In this document: piece after piece, positions 46,152-58,651 of the stretch
How the letters are laid out: each line of letters opens with the position of its first letter
Numbering within the stretch: the first letter of the stretch is position 1
Origin: an uncultured Nitrososphaerales archaeon
Lineage (GTDB): Archaea > Thermoproteota > Nitrososphaeria > Nitrososphaerales > Nitrososphaeraceae
Length of the DNA stretch: 64,000 bases
Assembly: GCA_963713605.1 (NCBI GenBank)
Contig: CAVQMO010000010.1
Span: 960,001-1,024,000, forward strand
Reading direction: 5' to 3'
The notes under the pieces: generated by a model
Told to the model about the DNA's origin: nothing
The model's input: the letters and a program-made list of their open reading frames with translations, nothing else
Database searches by the model: none
Made by a program: the position numbers and the translations under genes

Positions 46152-47183
46152 TTATCTTCCTATGCACAGACCACTAGGGTTACTTGCTTCACAGCTATTG
46201 TCAGTAAACTTGTTGGTGTTAATATTTGTAGGTAGGCCGTTTGCATTATTGAGGTCGACTATATTTTCCAATATGTTGTTGGCAGTTACTGTGTTATCAG
46301 CGCTTTGTCCATCAAGGAATACTCCGTTTTGACTTCCACGGATATTATTAATGTCTATGCTTGAACGCTTTGTGTTAACGAAAGTAATACCTGCCAAGAG
46401 GTTCGCACTCATAATATTCGAAGATATTTTTGAACCGCTACTTGAGTGAGATGCTACACCTATACTATTACCCTGTATGATGTTTTGTTTTACTTGTACT
46501 TTTTCAGCTCCTGTCATAAATGTACCTATCTGGTTGTTAGATAGTATGACAGAATTAATCGTAAATCCATTTGTTCCAGTAAGAAGTACTCCTGCTTGGA
46601 AGTTGCTGAGTGAACCAGGTCCATTTACTACTACATTATCAACATTTGGTACCATAATCCCAACTTTAGAGCTGTCCTGTCCAGGTCCTGTGATTGAGAA
46701 TCCATTCATGTTAATTACTGTGTTTGCACTACTAATAATGATACCATCTCCACTATTGCAGTTAAGATTTGCAGTTAGATTTACTACTCCGCTTACCACT
46801 TGTCCACATGCTGCACTTATAGGTACTGTTTGCAGCTGCTTGGTAAAGTCATCCCCATCACCACTAACACCAACAGCACCAGTTATTCCAACATTACCTA
46901 TTCCATCGCCTCTAACACCAATGCCACTTCCATCACTACTAATATCTCCACCTTCACTACTAGGCCTAATACCCACATTCTGTATTACCTGTTTTTGGTG
47001 GACTGATTCAATGTTGTTATTTTTATTGCTATTATCCTCATAATGGTTATTATTATCGCCATTGATATGCCTCGGATTTGTTGTATCAGCGGATAATGTA
47101 TGTATCACTGTTAAACTACCTCCCACTACTAATACCCCAATGATTACTATTATTATCGATCTCGTCGTTTTTCTTTGATCCAT
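46152..47183 (-). CDS. right-handed parallel beta-helix protein, copy 2
   Basis: C-terminal ~220 aa closely parallel the 36107..37114 protein; the linker differs and is Gly-rich. Confidence 0.8.
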   Translation of the reverse strand: MDQRKTTRSIIIVIIGVLVVGGSLTVIHTLSADTTNPRHINGDNNNHYEDNSNKNNNIESVHQKQVIQNVGIRPSSEGGDISSDGSGIGVRGDGIGNVGITGAVGVSGDGDDFTKQLQTVPISAACGQVVSGVVNLTANLNCNSGDGIIISSANTVINMNGFSITGPGQDSSKVGIMVPNVDNVVVNGPGSLSNFQAGVLLTGTNGFTINSVILSNNQIGTFMTGAEKVQVKQNIIQGNSIGVASHSSSGSKISSNIMSANLLAGITFVNTKRSSIDINNIRGSQNGVFLDGQSADNTVTANNILENIVDLNNANGLPTNINTNKFTDNSCEASNPSGLCIGR

Positions 47184-48010
47184 TGTTAGGATCCTCTTCC
47201 TATGCTAGTTTCCTTCCCGCGTAGGGCAATTTTTGTAGGTAATGATGCTAATTCATACATCTTATTATAGATGCGTCGTAAACGTATTCTAATTTCTGCT
47301 CTACTTCTGAATTTCATGACAGAATCAAATAGAACATGTAGACTAGATATTTATGAGAACCTTCTATTATTACTAATAGCTATGTTACTATCTATTTAAT
47401 TAAAGTATCTAGTTATCACATTAAATAGAACTATGTGATCTTAGAAGCGATCATTCTACTAGAAAAAAAATAAAGTCGATATTTAAGAACTGCTTCAGCT
47501 TGTTTTGGTTGTCACGAAATATTCCATTCGAAAAATTGTACCCTTTATTTATCTGGTTGAACATCAACTCCTGTAATATTATTTGTCCGACAATAAATCT
47601 AGCATAACTCATGTACTTTATGGTGAAAAAAAGCGTAGCAGATACGCCATCCCAGTTTCTATCCCGACAAAATGGAGTAGATTTGTATGGTGATGCTAAC
47701 ACAACTGCACAAGTTATTGAAATTTATAGGAAAATGTAATCTGACTCTAACATAATTAAGTTTCTCATCGATATTACAAAGAGTTAATGAAGTTAACTAG
47801 AAGTACATAGTGCCTTCTGTCTAAATGATGTTTGCTTAACATCTTTCTTTTCTTAACTGCCTTATCGAAATCCATTACTGTGTAAATACATGACAATCAA
47901 TTATAAAAAAATGATAGTAGAGTCTGACGGGATGTAAAAAGAGTTAACTATAGAACAGTATTCTTTATTTATTTAGTTGTATATTAACTTCTGGATTACT
48001 GATATTTGCC

Positions 48011-48448
48011 TTGAATAATCCCTCAGCAGCGGACACAATAATTAGCGCTACTGTAAAATCTTCTTCGTCTATTGGTCCTCATAATAAAAGGATTCTTATA
48101 GTAGACGATGAAGAGGACATTGCATATTGCTTCAAGATAGCCCTGGAATGTGCCGGATTTATTGTGGATACATTTAATGATCCCATAAAATCATTATCTG
48201 CCTATAAAGCCGGAGCATACGACCTATTATTGCTTGATATAAAGATGCCGCGGATGGGTGGTTTTGAACTGTATGATAAGATTAAAGCGATTGACTATAA
48301 AGTCAACGTATGTTTTATTACTGCATATGAGGAATATTATGATGAAATCAAAAAGCGATTTCCGCACTCAGAGAAAACAGAATGGTTTATTAGAAAACCA
48401 ATAGGGATGGAAGCGTTAATTAGAACTGTGAAATCGCATCTAAAATAA
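48011..48448 (+). CDS. stand-alone response regulator (REC)
   Basis: ILIVDDEEDI, DLLLLDIKMPRMGGFEL, FITAY, RKPI. Confidence 0.9.
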   Translation: MNNPSAADTIISATVKSSSSIGPHNKRILIVDDEEDIAYCFKIALECAGFIVDTFNDPIKSLSAYKAGAYDLLLLDIKMPRMGGFELYDKIKAIDYKVNVCFITAYEEYYDEIKKRFPHSEKTEWFIRKPIGMEALIRTVKSHLK

Positions 48449-48559
48449 AACTGATTTATCGCTGAAGTACTCTATTGTACAACTATCTAGAACAGCAACA
48501 ACAATTGCAACAGGAGATACAGGGGAAGCTAAACCTGCTGTCATGCATGCTAGGGGTTC

Positions 48560-48920
48560 AGACATCATTATATTAATTTTTTCAAGAGAAGGCTCTTTGC
48601 CAATTGGGTTCTTAATTATGTGTCAACTTTAATTCCAGATAACATATTTAATAGTTCATCTGCTGCGTCAAGCCCTGAAACAAAAATAATCATTGTGCTC
48701 ATTTCAATTGATTTCATCTGATAAAATAGTTGAAGTCCATTAAGGTGTGGCATTCTAATATCTACTTATACCAGATCATTGTAGGAAGCATCGTACTGTG
48801 AAAAACGCTTTACGCCTCCGGCTCACTGAGTGTGTCTACCTTATAGCCTTCCACTTCTAAGAAGCTTTGGTAGGTCAAAAGAATATCTAAATCATCATCT
48901 ACCAAGAGGATTGTGCCAGA
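48560..48920 (-). pseudogene. response regulator relic
   Basis: ILLVDDDLDILLTYQSFLEVEGYKV ... DIRMPHLNGLQLF..IIFVSGLD, interrupted by stops and shifts. Confidence 0.7.
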
Positions 48921-49245
48921 TCAGACTTCCAAATTGGCCTTACCCTTCCTTTCAATTTATTTATTGATTAGGTGTCTTACAAAGTACAGTGGTCTTCGTT
49001 ATTTGATCTTGTCTTAATTGTGTGTAATTACTGGTTACGGAATAAACAGGATAAGTTCCCTTTAAATCGGCAACCGAGTGCTCGCTTACTAATTTTTTTC
49101 CTATAGGAAATTATAAAATGAAAAGGCCACTACTAGACCTTTGCATCATAATTGGAGATATAATAAGATAAATCCCCTTATATAGACGCTGTCGAAATAT
49201 ATTACTTAGGTTGACGCTTTCCAGTTCCCGTCATAGTGGTGGAAA

Positions 49246-50866
49246 ATGACTAGGGAGGGCACTGAAGTTTTCTATGGTGTTGATGCCGTTATGAATACAG
49301 TGTTACAATTTTTGTACCAAACTGATGGTAAAATCGATGCCTGCGTAGACTATACTCGCCCTTCATTGGCAATTGATATTGTGATATTGAAGAAAGCATT
49401 TCTCGATGCAAAAAAGCGAGGCGTCAAACTGAGATACGTTACTGAAATTACCAAGGACAACATCTTTTATTGCAAGCAGATGATGATGATGGTTGACGAG
49501 CTTCGACATTTAGATGGAATTAAAGGAAACTTTTACATTAGTGAAACAGGATATCTCGCTCCTGCTACTTTTCATGAAGCAGGAAAACCGGCAGCACAAA
49601 TCATCTATAGCAATGTCAAAGAAATCATCGAGCATCAAAAGTATGTCTTTGAAACCTTATGGAGTAAAACTATCCCTGCAGAGCAGCGAATACGAGAAAT
49701 TGAAGAAGGAACCGAAGCAGAATTTTATGAGGTAATCACTGACAACGAAAAAGCAAGTCAGATCCTTGTTGATATGACAAAATCTACAAGCAAAGAAGCC
49801 CTAATCTTCCTTCCTAATGATAAAGCTATGGTAAGGATCGATAGACTAGGTGTAGTCGATTACCTTGTAAAGGCATCACAGAATGGAGCGAATGTGAAGA
49901 TTATCTGTGAGCTTATCTAAGCAGAATGCAGAGATCCAGAAAAAAATATCAGATAACGCACCAGATATCAGAATACTCGATGGCAATAATTCTCCATATG
50001 GCATGTATATAATGGACCGTAAAAAGTTTCTTAGAGCAGAGCTCAAAAATCCAGGAGCTGAAATATTCTCAGACGCAATTGGTCTAGTAGTATACTCTAA
50101 TAGAAAAATAACTGTGGACTCCTTCGAGTCAGTTTTCGAATTACTTTGGAATGAACGTATGTTGGTTGAAGAATTAAAGAAAGCAGATAGAATGCAAAAA
50201 GAGTTTATAAGTATAGCAGCTCATGAGTTAAAAACGCCAATACAAGCAATACTTGGTATGAGCGGCCTATTGAAATATTATCCTGAAAGAACAGATCAGG
50301 TGATAGAAGTGATAAGCAGGAACGCTGTCAGATTGCAAAGGCTATCTGCTAACATATTAGATGCAACAAGAATTGAGAGTCAAACTTTTAGACTAGAGAG
50401 GGAACGATTCAACATCTGTGATCTGATACCTACTATTATAGAGGACTACAAAGAGAAGATTAAAGACAGTACTTATGATAATGTTGAATTAATTTATGAT
50501 GTTAATCTTAAAAATAATAATCCCATCATTGTAGAAGTGGAGAGGGAAAGAATAATCCAAGTCATTTCTAATCTCTTAAGTAATTCGATGCAGTTTACAA
50601 GGGAAGGTTATATATCTCTTAATGTAGTTGTTAATAATAATAGTAATGAGGTCATCGTTACTGTAAAGGATACTGGTACGGGAATCAACCCTGAAATCTT
50701 ACCAAGACTATTTTCAAAGTTTGTTACGAAATCACAAAAGGGAACAGGTTTAGGACTTTTTATTTCCAAGAGCATCATCGAAGCTCATGGTGGAAGAATT
50801 TGGGCTGAGAATAATGCTAAGGGTAAAGGTGCAACATTTTCATTTAGTTTGCCATTGTCTGAATGA
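49246..50866 (+). CDS. cytoplasmic sensor histidine kinase; frameshift near 49910
   Basis: AAHELKTPIQAILG (H box), QVISNLLSN, DTGTGI, LFSKF, GTGLGL; duplicated N-terminal domain (..YSN....FETLW / ..YSN....FELLW). Confidence 0.9.
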
Positions 50867-51596
50867 TGTGAATACTAGTATCTGCCGTATATATTATGTC
50901 AACCCCTTCTTATATTATCTAATAAGACCAACGGGTGGCTAGCTGAATTCCTAATTACTGTCAGTGTGATTGCAGTAGAGGATTTAATATCAAGAGCGGA
51001 GGAGGCAGTAATGGTCTCTACATTTAATGCTCCTGACGTTCTCTTTGAGGAGATAGAAAGAGAATCAGAAAAGACTTGTTTTTACAAACGGTTGTTCCTA
51101 GACTACAACCTCAAGTCCTTATTTGATGGTCATGCTAACTTGGTCACTAGACTTTCATCAGTAGATTGGTCTCTACCCGAATGAAATTTAGTATAGGAGC
51201 CATTATATTTTTACAATTGAAAATAACATGTGTTGACTGTGGCTCGCAGTCAGCACGAGTGTTATTGAGCAAAAATCGTCGACAGAATGTCCATCATGTC
51301 TCCTAAGCGAGTGTTGCTGCTGGTCTGTTATCCACCAAGGACGTCTTTGATGATAGCAACTTTTATTTGAAACTATACTACTCCTTCAATCGTTTGTATA
51401 ACTCATCTCCACAAACCTTAAAGGTCCTGACCTGAAACCTTTTTCATTCCAATGTCTATCTGTCTCTCCTGCCTCTTGTAAGTCTCATAACAATCAGTAG
51501 GAAAAATCAGTATGAAATTCCGTTATTGCAATGTACACATTTACTTTAATAGTGTATGTTGTGTAGTATAGGTAAGGAATAAAGGTGTAGGGTATA

Positions 51597-51938
51597 ATGA
51601 ATGAAATTTCTAGCAATAGGTATTTCCTGTTGTATACTCTAAAGTGGATGAGTATATACATAGCCATAGGATTCATTGCAGCCTTATTATTGCCATTCCC
51701 TGCATCTCTGATTGGAGCGATCGGAGGATTTATGCTAGTTAACTTCTTGAGGACACGCTCAATGTTGAAAAAGATGGGGATTAGTATGAGAGGACTATTT
51801 GGTTCGCTACGGTCGTCAGATATGGGTCCTTCCATGCATGGATATAGTCCATTAAAATACTATTGTATGAGTTGTGGTAATGAGCACAAAGAAATCGCAT
51901 GCCCTAAATGTGGCTCAAAAATGAAGAGAGTGGAATAA
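51597..51938 (+). CDS. small membrane protein with C-terminal zinc ribbon
   Basis: Two TM helices, then CMSC..CPKCGSKM. Confidence 0.7.
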   Translation: MNEISSNRYFLLYTLKWMSIYIAIGFIAALLLPFPASLIGAIGGFMLVNFLRTRSMLKKMGISMRGLFGSLRSSDMGPSMHGYSPLKYYCMSCGNEHKEIACPKCGSKMKRVE

Positions 51939-52731
51939 AATAACACAATACCGATGATGGATGGCCGGAAGAAATCGATTAGCACCTAAATTGCATTTGT
52001 ACATTCTGTTGTCTTGCCTCACTTTTTTATGTAAGATTTGAAAGCCAGAAGATGCAGGGTAAAAGTTTCCTATAATGATAATAGCTGAATCACTAGAGAA
52101 TTGGAAGGATACTTAGCAGAATAAATGGCTTTAACGTAGAATCTGTAATTGATTGAACCTGGTCAGTCGATAACGGGTGTTAGCCCTGGGATCACTACGA
52201 TTCGTCGGCGTGACAGACTGCCTTCCCTTCTGGAAACTGTTACTATATGGAAGTGCTATCTATCATGCCTCATTTGTTTAATATATCGATACAGTCTTGA
52301 AGGCTAATCCTTTGTAATAAGTCGTCAAATTCGTATCCTTGTTCAGAAAATATCTCCAATATGCGCGCTTGTATCATTTCACGGACTAAAGACTCTATCT
52401 TTGAAAAGAAATCAAGAATGACTCCTCTGGACGGTGTCAGCTTTTTAATAAAAGATAATTCCAGAAGTTCTCTACGTTTTCTGTTCTTCATTTGTGAACA
52501 CGAAGCCATTGAGATTTAGTAATCAAAAGATGCCTCATTGCAGGTAACTCCCGTAATTTACCTCTCATTAGATTTTATATTTGTGGAATCGCATTGTTAA
52601 TCCTTTGCTCTGCTAGCTCTCACATTTATGAAGTCTCGATACGAGGTGACTATTTTAGATTTGCATTCTCCATGAAACTGATATGTTCTAGACTGATGCC
52701 ACTTCTACTATTACTACACATGAAATCGCTA

Positions 52732-52917
52732 TCAAGTAGTGGTTAGCTTCTCTTGACTATCCACAAAATCTCTAGCTTCCTGAGTTAAGTCTTTGATGAT
52801 AGGAGTACCAACATCTACAGCCTTCTCGAACCCGATAATAATTCCAGAAGAGAAAGTCTCCCATCCGAGGCCTATTATGGCTAAGATAACTACTACTAAT
52901 AAAACAAATCCAAACAA
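52732..52917 (-). CDS. small membrane protein
   Basis: Hydrophobic N-terminus, IIGLGWETFSSG, amphipathic tail. Confidence 0.5.
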   Translation of the reverse strand: MFGFVLLVVVILAIIGLGWETFSSGIIIGFEKAVDVGTPIIKDLTQEARDFVDSQEKLTTT

Positions 52918-53228
52918 GCCTATCCTGTATGTATTTCAGTAAAGTTAGTCATAAAGATTTATATCATCTCTATTATAGAAAAATGCACTGTAAAATTAGT
53001 TATTTCTCTTCTATGAAAATAATCACGCTGCTCAGATTCATTCTCGTTTAGCCGATCATCTATTTCATTATACGTATTTCTCTCATTCGTGAAATGTAAT
53101 CTTATTATTCACAAAATTGACTTGAGACAAGTCTCTATTTAAAGGGATGTTTTGAGGGGTACTTGAGGACTTTCCTCAACTGTATGTAACTTGAATTGTA
53201 AACTCATTACCCCCTTGGAGAAATCTGT

Positions 53229-53465
53229 TTAAAAGAAGGAAAAAGAAAGGCTTAAGTGTACTTCCATCCTTCTAAAGTAGGAGTTCATCTCTATCTCTAG
53301 CCAATCATTTAGCCCTTTACTCAAACTTTTAGTAAAACAAACTTTATGTGTATACCATTTTATTTGACTTGTACTGACAAATTGTATGTAGTTGCCTTTA
53401 TCCAAAAAAATAGGATTGCCGCAGCCTGCACAATTTCTTGTCGGATAGACTTCTTTTTCAGGCAT
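53229..53465 (-). CDS. hypothetical protein, possible Zn-binding (CxxC...HxxC)
   Basis: CAGCGNPI ... THKVC; its ATG overlaps the upstream fragment's TAA (TAATG). Confidence 0.45.
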   Translation of the reverse strand: MPEKEVYPTRNCAGCGNPIFLDKGNYIQFVSTSQIKWYTHKVCFTKSLSKGLNDWLEIEMNSYFRRMEVHLSLSFSFF

Positions 53466-53599
53466 TAATTTCGATCTTCCAGTTTATCCTTAATTTGCTT
53501 TTCTTCAATCGTTTCGCTATAGGCATCATAAGTTAATACCATCTTACATTTGACACAAAATTTCTGGTCCGGTCTATTGGGTTCGTTACAATTAGGGCA
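53465..53599 (-). pseudogene. zinc-ribbon fragment resembling the C-terminus of thaumarchaeal tyrosine integrases
   Basis: CPNCNEPNRPDQKFCVKCKMVLTYDAYSETIEEK; no upstream catalytic domain. Family link is from recall. Confidence 0.55.
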
Positions 53600-53957
53600 T
53601 TAATATGTCTGTAGATATGCAATTAGCCATCCCTTAATAATCGACCGCCGACATTATTTCTAATCAGAGTGCAAATTAAATATGCATTTTTGTTATTGCG
53701 TTGCGGATGTTGGTCTAACTATTCCTTAACATAAAGGAGTGAACCGATCAGCGGTAGGTGTCTCATTCCTGTTTTACCTTTTCCCAAGACTTCTGCGTAT
53801 TGTTTGTTACCTACTTGTTTAAACACTATATCACGAATGAAATAACTTAGTATTTCATGGTTGGCAAATCCTCTAGTTTAAGTTCATTAACACTCAAGCA
53901 AGAGTTTCTAAGCTTTTAGATATGAATAATTATTCCTAGGCTGTCCGCTGCAGCACC

Positions 53958-54299
53958 TCAAAGTGCTGATTCCCCCGTCTTATTTGTTCTTATATCTAAT
54001 GCAATAGGAACATCTAAAACAAATATCTTTCCGACAATATCATTAGTACGTAGCTTGTCTGCAATCTTGTGAATAAGGCCATCAACTTGATCATCCCTAA
54101 CGATAACTTCGATCTTTGTTCTTGGATTATATTCAGGAGTATACCTCATTGTGCCCAAACCTACTGCTACTTCTTCTGATTTTATACTTCCTCTGCCGTG
54201 GATCCTGTAATGACTCATCCCTCCAACTTGCGACTCCTTAAGCATATCATTTACATCCTTCAGCGCTTGATCTGGCACAAATATTTGAATCTCCTTCAT
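53958..54299 (-). CDS. glnB: P-II family nitrogen regulatory protein
   Basis: MKEIQIFV, GGMS..IHGRG, PRTKIEVIVRDDQVD, GKIFVLDV..ALDIRTNKTGESAL. Confidence 0.88.
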   Translation of the reverse strand: MKEIQIFVPDQALKDVNDMLKESQVGGMSHYRIHGRGSIKSEEVAVGLGTMRYTPEYNPRTKIEVIVRDDQVDGLIHKIADKLRTNDIVGKIFVLDVPIALDIRTNKTGESAL

Positions 54300-55819
54300 G
54301 GCATTTTCGACTTTAAATTAAACGGTAGCATGATATTTAATAAATACTTAATGTTAATGTAAGCCCATCGATAAATCACCTAATTAGTCTAATGACTTTG
54401 ATTTGGATTGAACAATCGCAAGATAAAGTTTTTCCTTCCATTATATGAAACCACAAATAACAAATAACATCCAACACAAAATACACCGCTCGACGGTGAT
54501 CCTTTCTTCGTCGAATGACAAATTAGAAACCAAATATGAAAAGTAGGACCAATATTTGTTTATTAGTGAGATTAACTTTTCTAATTCTAAAATGGGAATC
54601 ATTTCATATTCTATTATCGTGAAATCATGTAAGAATAATTCATAACTAAAGTCTACAATTTTGTAACTATTGCAATACCTCCGAATAAGATTGTAAAGAT
54701 CACTCTTCATTATTTTGCTAATTTCTGACTTTAGAAGATCGTTATTTGACGAATCAGATGTCATTTTTATCGGCCAACCATGACGAAGCTTTCTTAAGCC
54801 TATCAAAGGCATTTTTTAGCTCTCCCTTTAAAGGATCAAATGCTTAATTGTGAAGATGTGAATTTTCATAAGTCAAAACGTTGTTTATGGTCTTGCTATC
54901 AAGTCTATCAAATTATGGCAACACATAATCACAAAGAGTATTGTTCAAAGATATCCATTTGCCGTCGGTATCATCGTCACTATTCCTATCATTCCTTGAA
55001 TCTGCAAATAGATATTTTATAACATCTATTGACATTCTAACACCAATATTTCTCTGACGTCTTACATCATTTATGAATTTAAAGTACACTTCAATTTGCT
55101 CTTTATATTTCTCATAACTACCGCTAAATGATAGTCGCTTATCTCTTAGTTAGTAACTACTACGCTGATGAAAGCATAAGTAGCTTTAGAGATAATACAT
55201 ACTTACTTCTAAATAATCCCTCTAACACTTTAAGTGGTACTAGACGACCCTCAAAAAATACTGGCTGGCTAGGTAAGAGAACAATGAATAGATATCCACG
55301 AATATCATTATGTATCCACGAATAAAAAGATACGGTAGCATTGATTGCGCAACTGTATTCATCTTCGTCGCATGCTCATCTCTTTGAGCGTCATTTGCAA
55401 CATGATGAGGCCGCAACGCGAAATGAGCTGAAATCAGCGCCTTAGTCATGTCGTTAATGCAACCCTGGGTTGTAGCCATGGTGTCTAGGTATCATCATTA
55501 TTTCTCTGCAGTGTTGGATGCATTCCCTACTAGATAATATCTTCTTAACTTGTTTATGAAGAAAACATTTTAATTGGCTTGCGGTAGACGGGCTTAACGG
55601 TCTATGTTTTTTTACCAAACAGTTACTAGTTCAAGAGTAACAAAGTTTCATCCAATCATCAGCCTATCAATCTATCCAGCTCTATATACTTAAAACCATT
55701 ATTAAACAACAGCAATTGTAGGTAAGATAGCTTTAGAGCGACTCTGGCATGCTATACCATCCTTTCCTACTGTAAATGAAGTCTGGATAACTCTAGCAAA
55801 ACTTGAGTGAACCCATGAT

Positions 55820-55965
55820 TTATAACATATATACAACATCTGAAAAATAAGTTGGATAGGCGAATAACAAGGGGTCATTGAGTTCGTTTGAAGTTAGTCC
55901 TAATATAATAGCCATTGAGAATATGTTAATAATCTCATCGGCATGAGGCCCAAAATATGTACAGT
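55820..55965 (-). pseudogene. C-terminal dimerisation-domain fragment of a pyridine nucleotide-disulfide oxidoreductase
   Basis: GPHADEIINIFSMAIILGLTSNELNDPLLFAYPTYFSDVVYML*. Confidence 0.75.
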
Positions 55966-56764
55966 GCCGGTTTCCGTTATCTGGTATTTCATTTGAATTA
56001 GGTTCAGTATTAGGTTCAGGTATAGTGAAAACTTTGTGATCCAAGTGTATTTAAATCACCATATTTCATAGAACCCGTTTGAATAGGATCACTAAAGTTG
56101 TTGTCATTACCTCTGTCCTTGTTGATTATCTCCAGTGTGGCAGTTTTACCTCATTTCGGCACGGATTTATTGGCACAGACTCCTAAGCCAAGTATTAACG
56201 AAAAGGTTAGCCTCCCTTTGAACGTAGCCGATTCCATTTATAGCGCTAATATAACCAAGTTCTTAGGTTCAAAAAATATATCATTAACTCCTTACCGAAT
56301 GACAGAGGAACATTCCTCTGCCAAAACTGCAAGGACTAGAGATAGAACTGCTGAAGACTGAAACACCATAGTAGCTCAAATAGCCAGTTGCACCGCACAA
56401 GATAGATCTTATTCAGGAACAGATCGAGAAAGATGGAGAACCGTAGACAATGGGATGATTCGAACGGCTAGCAATGGGAAAATTAGTTCGACGAACTATC
56501 ACAATCTTATTTTGATGCGTTTAGAAGAGCCTTTTGAGGTATATGGAAGCTTGAAGCAATGTCGACCGATAAGTGGCCAGACTAGTTATTGTAGATATTT
56601 CAAAAAAGGTGGATTGCCATCTGTTTTGTCTTCATACGTCCCATTAATTCAAGTCACTTAATTCAAACCGATGTTTCAGGAACGGGTCATATCCCAGATG
56701 AACTTATAGAATAGTTGGGAGATGAATAATCTTATAATATATGAAGTGGAGAGGTGAATAACAG

Positions 56765-58113
56765 TTGAATGTTAAGGAAATATTCGTGTTATCTGTAAGT
56801 GCTATTAAGGATAGGAAGGTTCGATCTGCTCTGACAATATTGATGGTTCTGGTCGGAAGCAGTTTACTTGTTGCTGTAAGCGCGTTTGGAGTCGGTTTCT
56901 CCGACTTCTTCAATAAACAGTTCAGCAATCTAGCACCTAACATTCTATTCGTTTCGAGTGTACAACAAGAGACAGATAACACAGGTGTTGGTAGCGTTGC
57001 AGCTCCTCCTTCAGCAAAGATAACACTTAATGCGGCTGTGGAGTCAAGAATTCGATCTCTTCCTTATGTAGATCAGGTCCTTCCTTCCTACCAAAGTGAT
57101 GTGTCAATTCAATCTGGGAGTGAATCCAAATCATTCTCCCTACTTTCGATGGATCCTAGTCAGTCTGCGAGTCGTCGCCCCTACTCTTGAACTGACAGAA
57201 GGATCCACATTTCCCTCTTCAGTCTGATCCAACTGCAATTCTTGTAGCCGAAGACATAGCTTTTCCACCTGGTGAAGCAACTCCCTTTATTAACTTGGGA
57301 CAGAGCGTCAGGCTCACTTATTCATTCGTTGAACCTGAGACAGGGGAAACTAAAGAAGAGTCAAAAGCTTCGTTGTACGAGGTATAATTGAATCTACAGG
57401 TAATCCTACTGTTGATAATGCTGTTGTTATAGGCTTACAATCGGGTAATACATTGCTTGAACGAGCTGGAAAATATGATTCGCTTTTCGTGGCTGCTGAT
57501 TCAACTGATAGTGTTGATTTGGTCGAGGAAGAAATACGAGCTATTTATGGTAACGACATTGGGATAACTACAGTTCAGGCAATACTTGAAACCGTTGAAG
57601 AGTTTACTGGAGGAATCAATTCATTCCTCTCCAGTATTGCTATCGTCTCACTCGTGGTAGGAGTTGTAGGCATAATCACTACTCTATATACATCAGTAGT
57701 AGAGAGAATAAGGGAAATTGGAACGTTGAAAGCAATTGGTGCAAAGAACATCACAATCCTTGGCCTTTTTCTAATGGAAGCTGTGTTGATAGGTATTATC
57801 GGAGCAACCCTGGGTTTGGGTGCTGGGATTGGAATGGGCTACATGCTTGTAAGTTCAAGCCCGGGGGGTGGGGAAGGTAGTGGAAATGAGAATGATACTG
57901 ATAGCACAGCAGTTACAGATGGCAATGAGCCGCAAACTATATACTCAAGAAACCCAGGAAACTCAACAAACTGAAACTTTTACTCCAGTATTCCTTGCAG
58001 AGGATATGTTTAGAGTTTGGATTATTTCAGTGGGATTAAGCATGATTGCCGGGTTCTATCCTGCGTGGAAAGCGTCGCGTTATCTCCCTGTTGACGCTTT
58101 ACGATCTCTATAG
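56765..58113 (+). CDS. MacB/FtsX-type ABC transporter permease; several frameshifts
   Basis: RKVRSALTILMVLVG, SVVERIREIGTLKAIGA, FLMEAVLIG, AGFYPAWKASR..PVDALR. Confidence 0.85.
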
Positions 58114-58554
58114 ATGATAATTGAATTTGATTTGTTCATTGAATAGTGGTAGTCAGCACTGAAAGGGATGGCAGCACACAAATTATTGGGGAATCTAAAA
58201 TAGACATATGGATAACGAATCCATCTCTTCAGTATCTTCAACAGCGTCGGTAGGAGTGTTAGAAAATTATCCCTCTTTTCTTTCCTTAGATTTCTAAATT
58301 AGGCTCAAGACGCTAAAGGTTGTGCATTGATATCATAACATAGGTAAAATACGTTGAGGCAAATAATACTTACCGAGTTGAATCTTGACATAAAGAACTT
58401 GATGTCAGTTTCGATTGGTATGCTTATGGGCTTATTACTCCAACCATGCATTGTTACAAGAATAATAATACCAGATAAATTCATTATCAAGAGATTATGA
58501 TAGTCTATCGTTCCTAATTATTAGGATCCCGCTACAGAATCAATATTACTTTGG

Positions 58555-58640
58555 ACCCTTGGGTCCATTTTAAAGTGGGTTCAAAAGACTTAGTATCTTC
58601 AAAGAAGATCAACCAACAGTAGCACAAACTATAATATGAA
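58555..58640. repeat. palindromic repeat 'B' plus ~55 bp tail (direct repeat of 60031-60120)
   Basis: ACCCTTGGGTCCATTTTAAAGTGGGTTCAAAAGA...TCAACCAACAGTAGCACAAACTATA versus ACCCTTGGGCCCACTTTAAAGTGGGTTCAAAAAGA...TCAGCCAACAATAGCATTAACTATA. Confidence 0.8.
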
Positions 58641-58651
58641 GCTCAATCTAT

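Noticed and set aside
40620..47043. Long antisense ORFs (40620..41129, 41166..41597, 46477..47043)
   Set aside because: Antisense shadows of the DAGK and beta-helix genes, with no independent motifs.
54441..55479. Short ORFs here and in 24702-25319, 34155-35000 and 61407-61700
   Set aside because: No recognisable motifs or convincing coding signal; 34155..34361 may be a faint REC remnant but is too weak to call.
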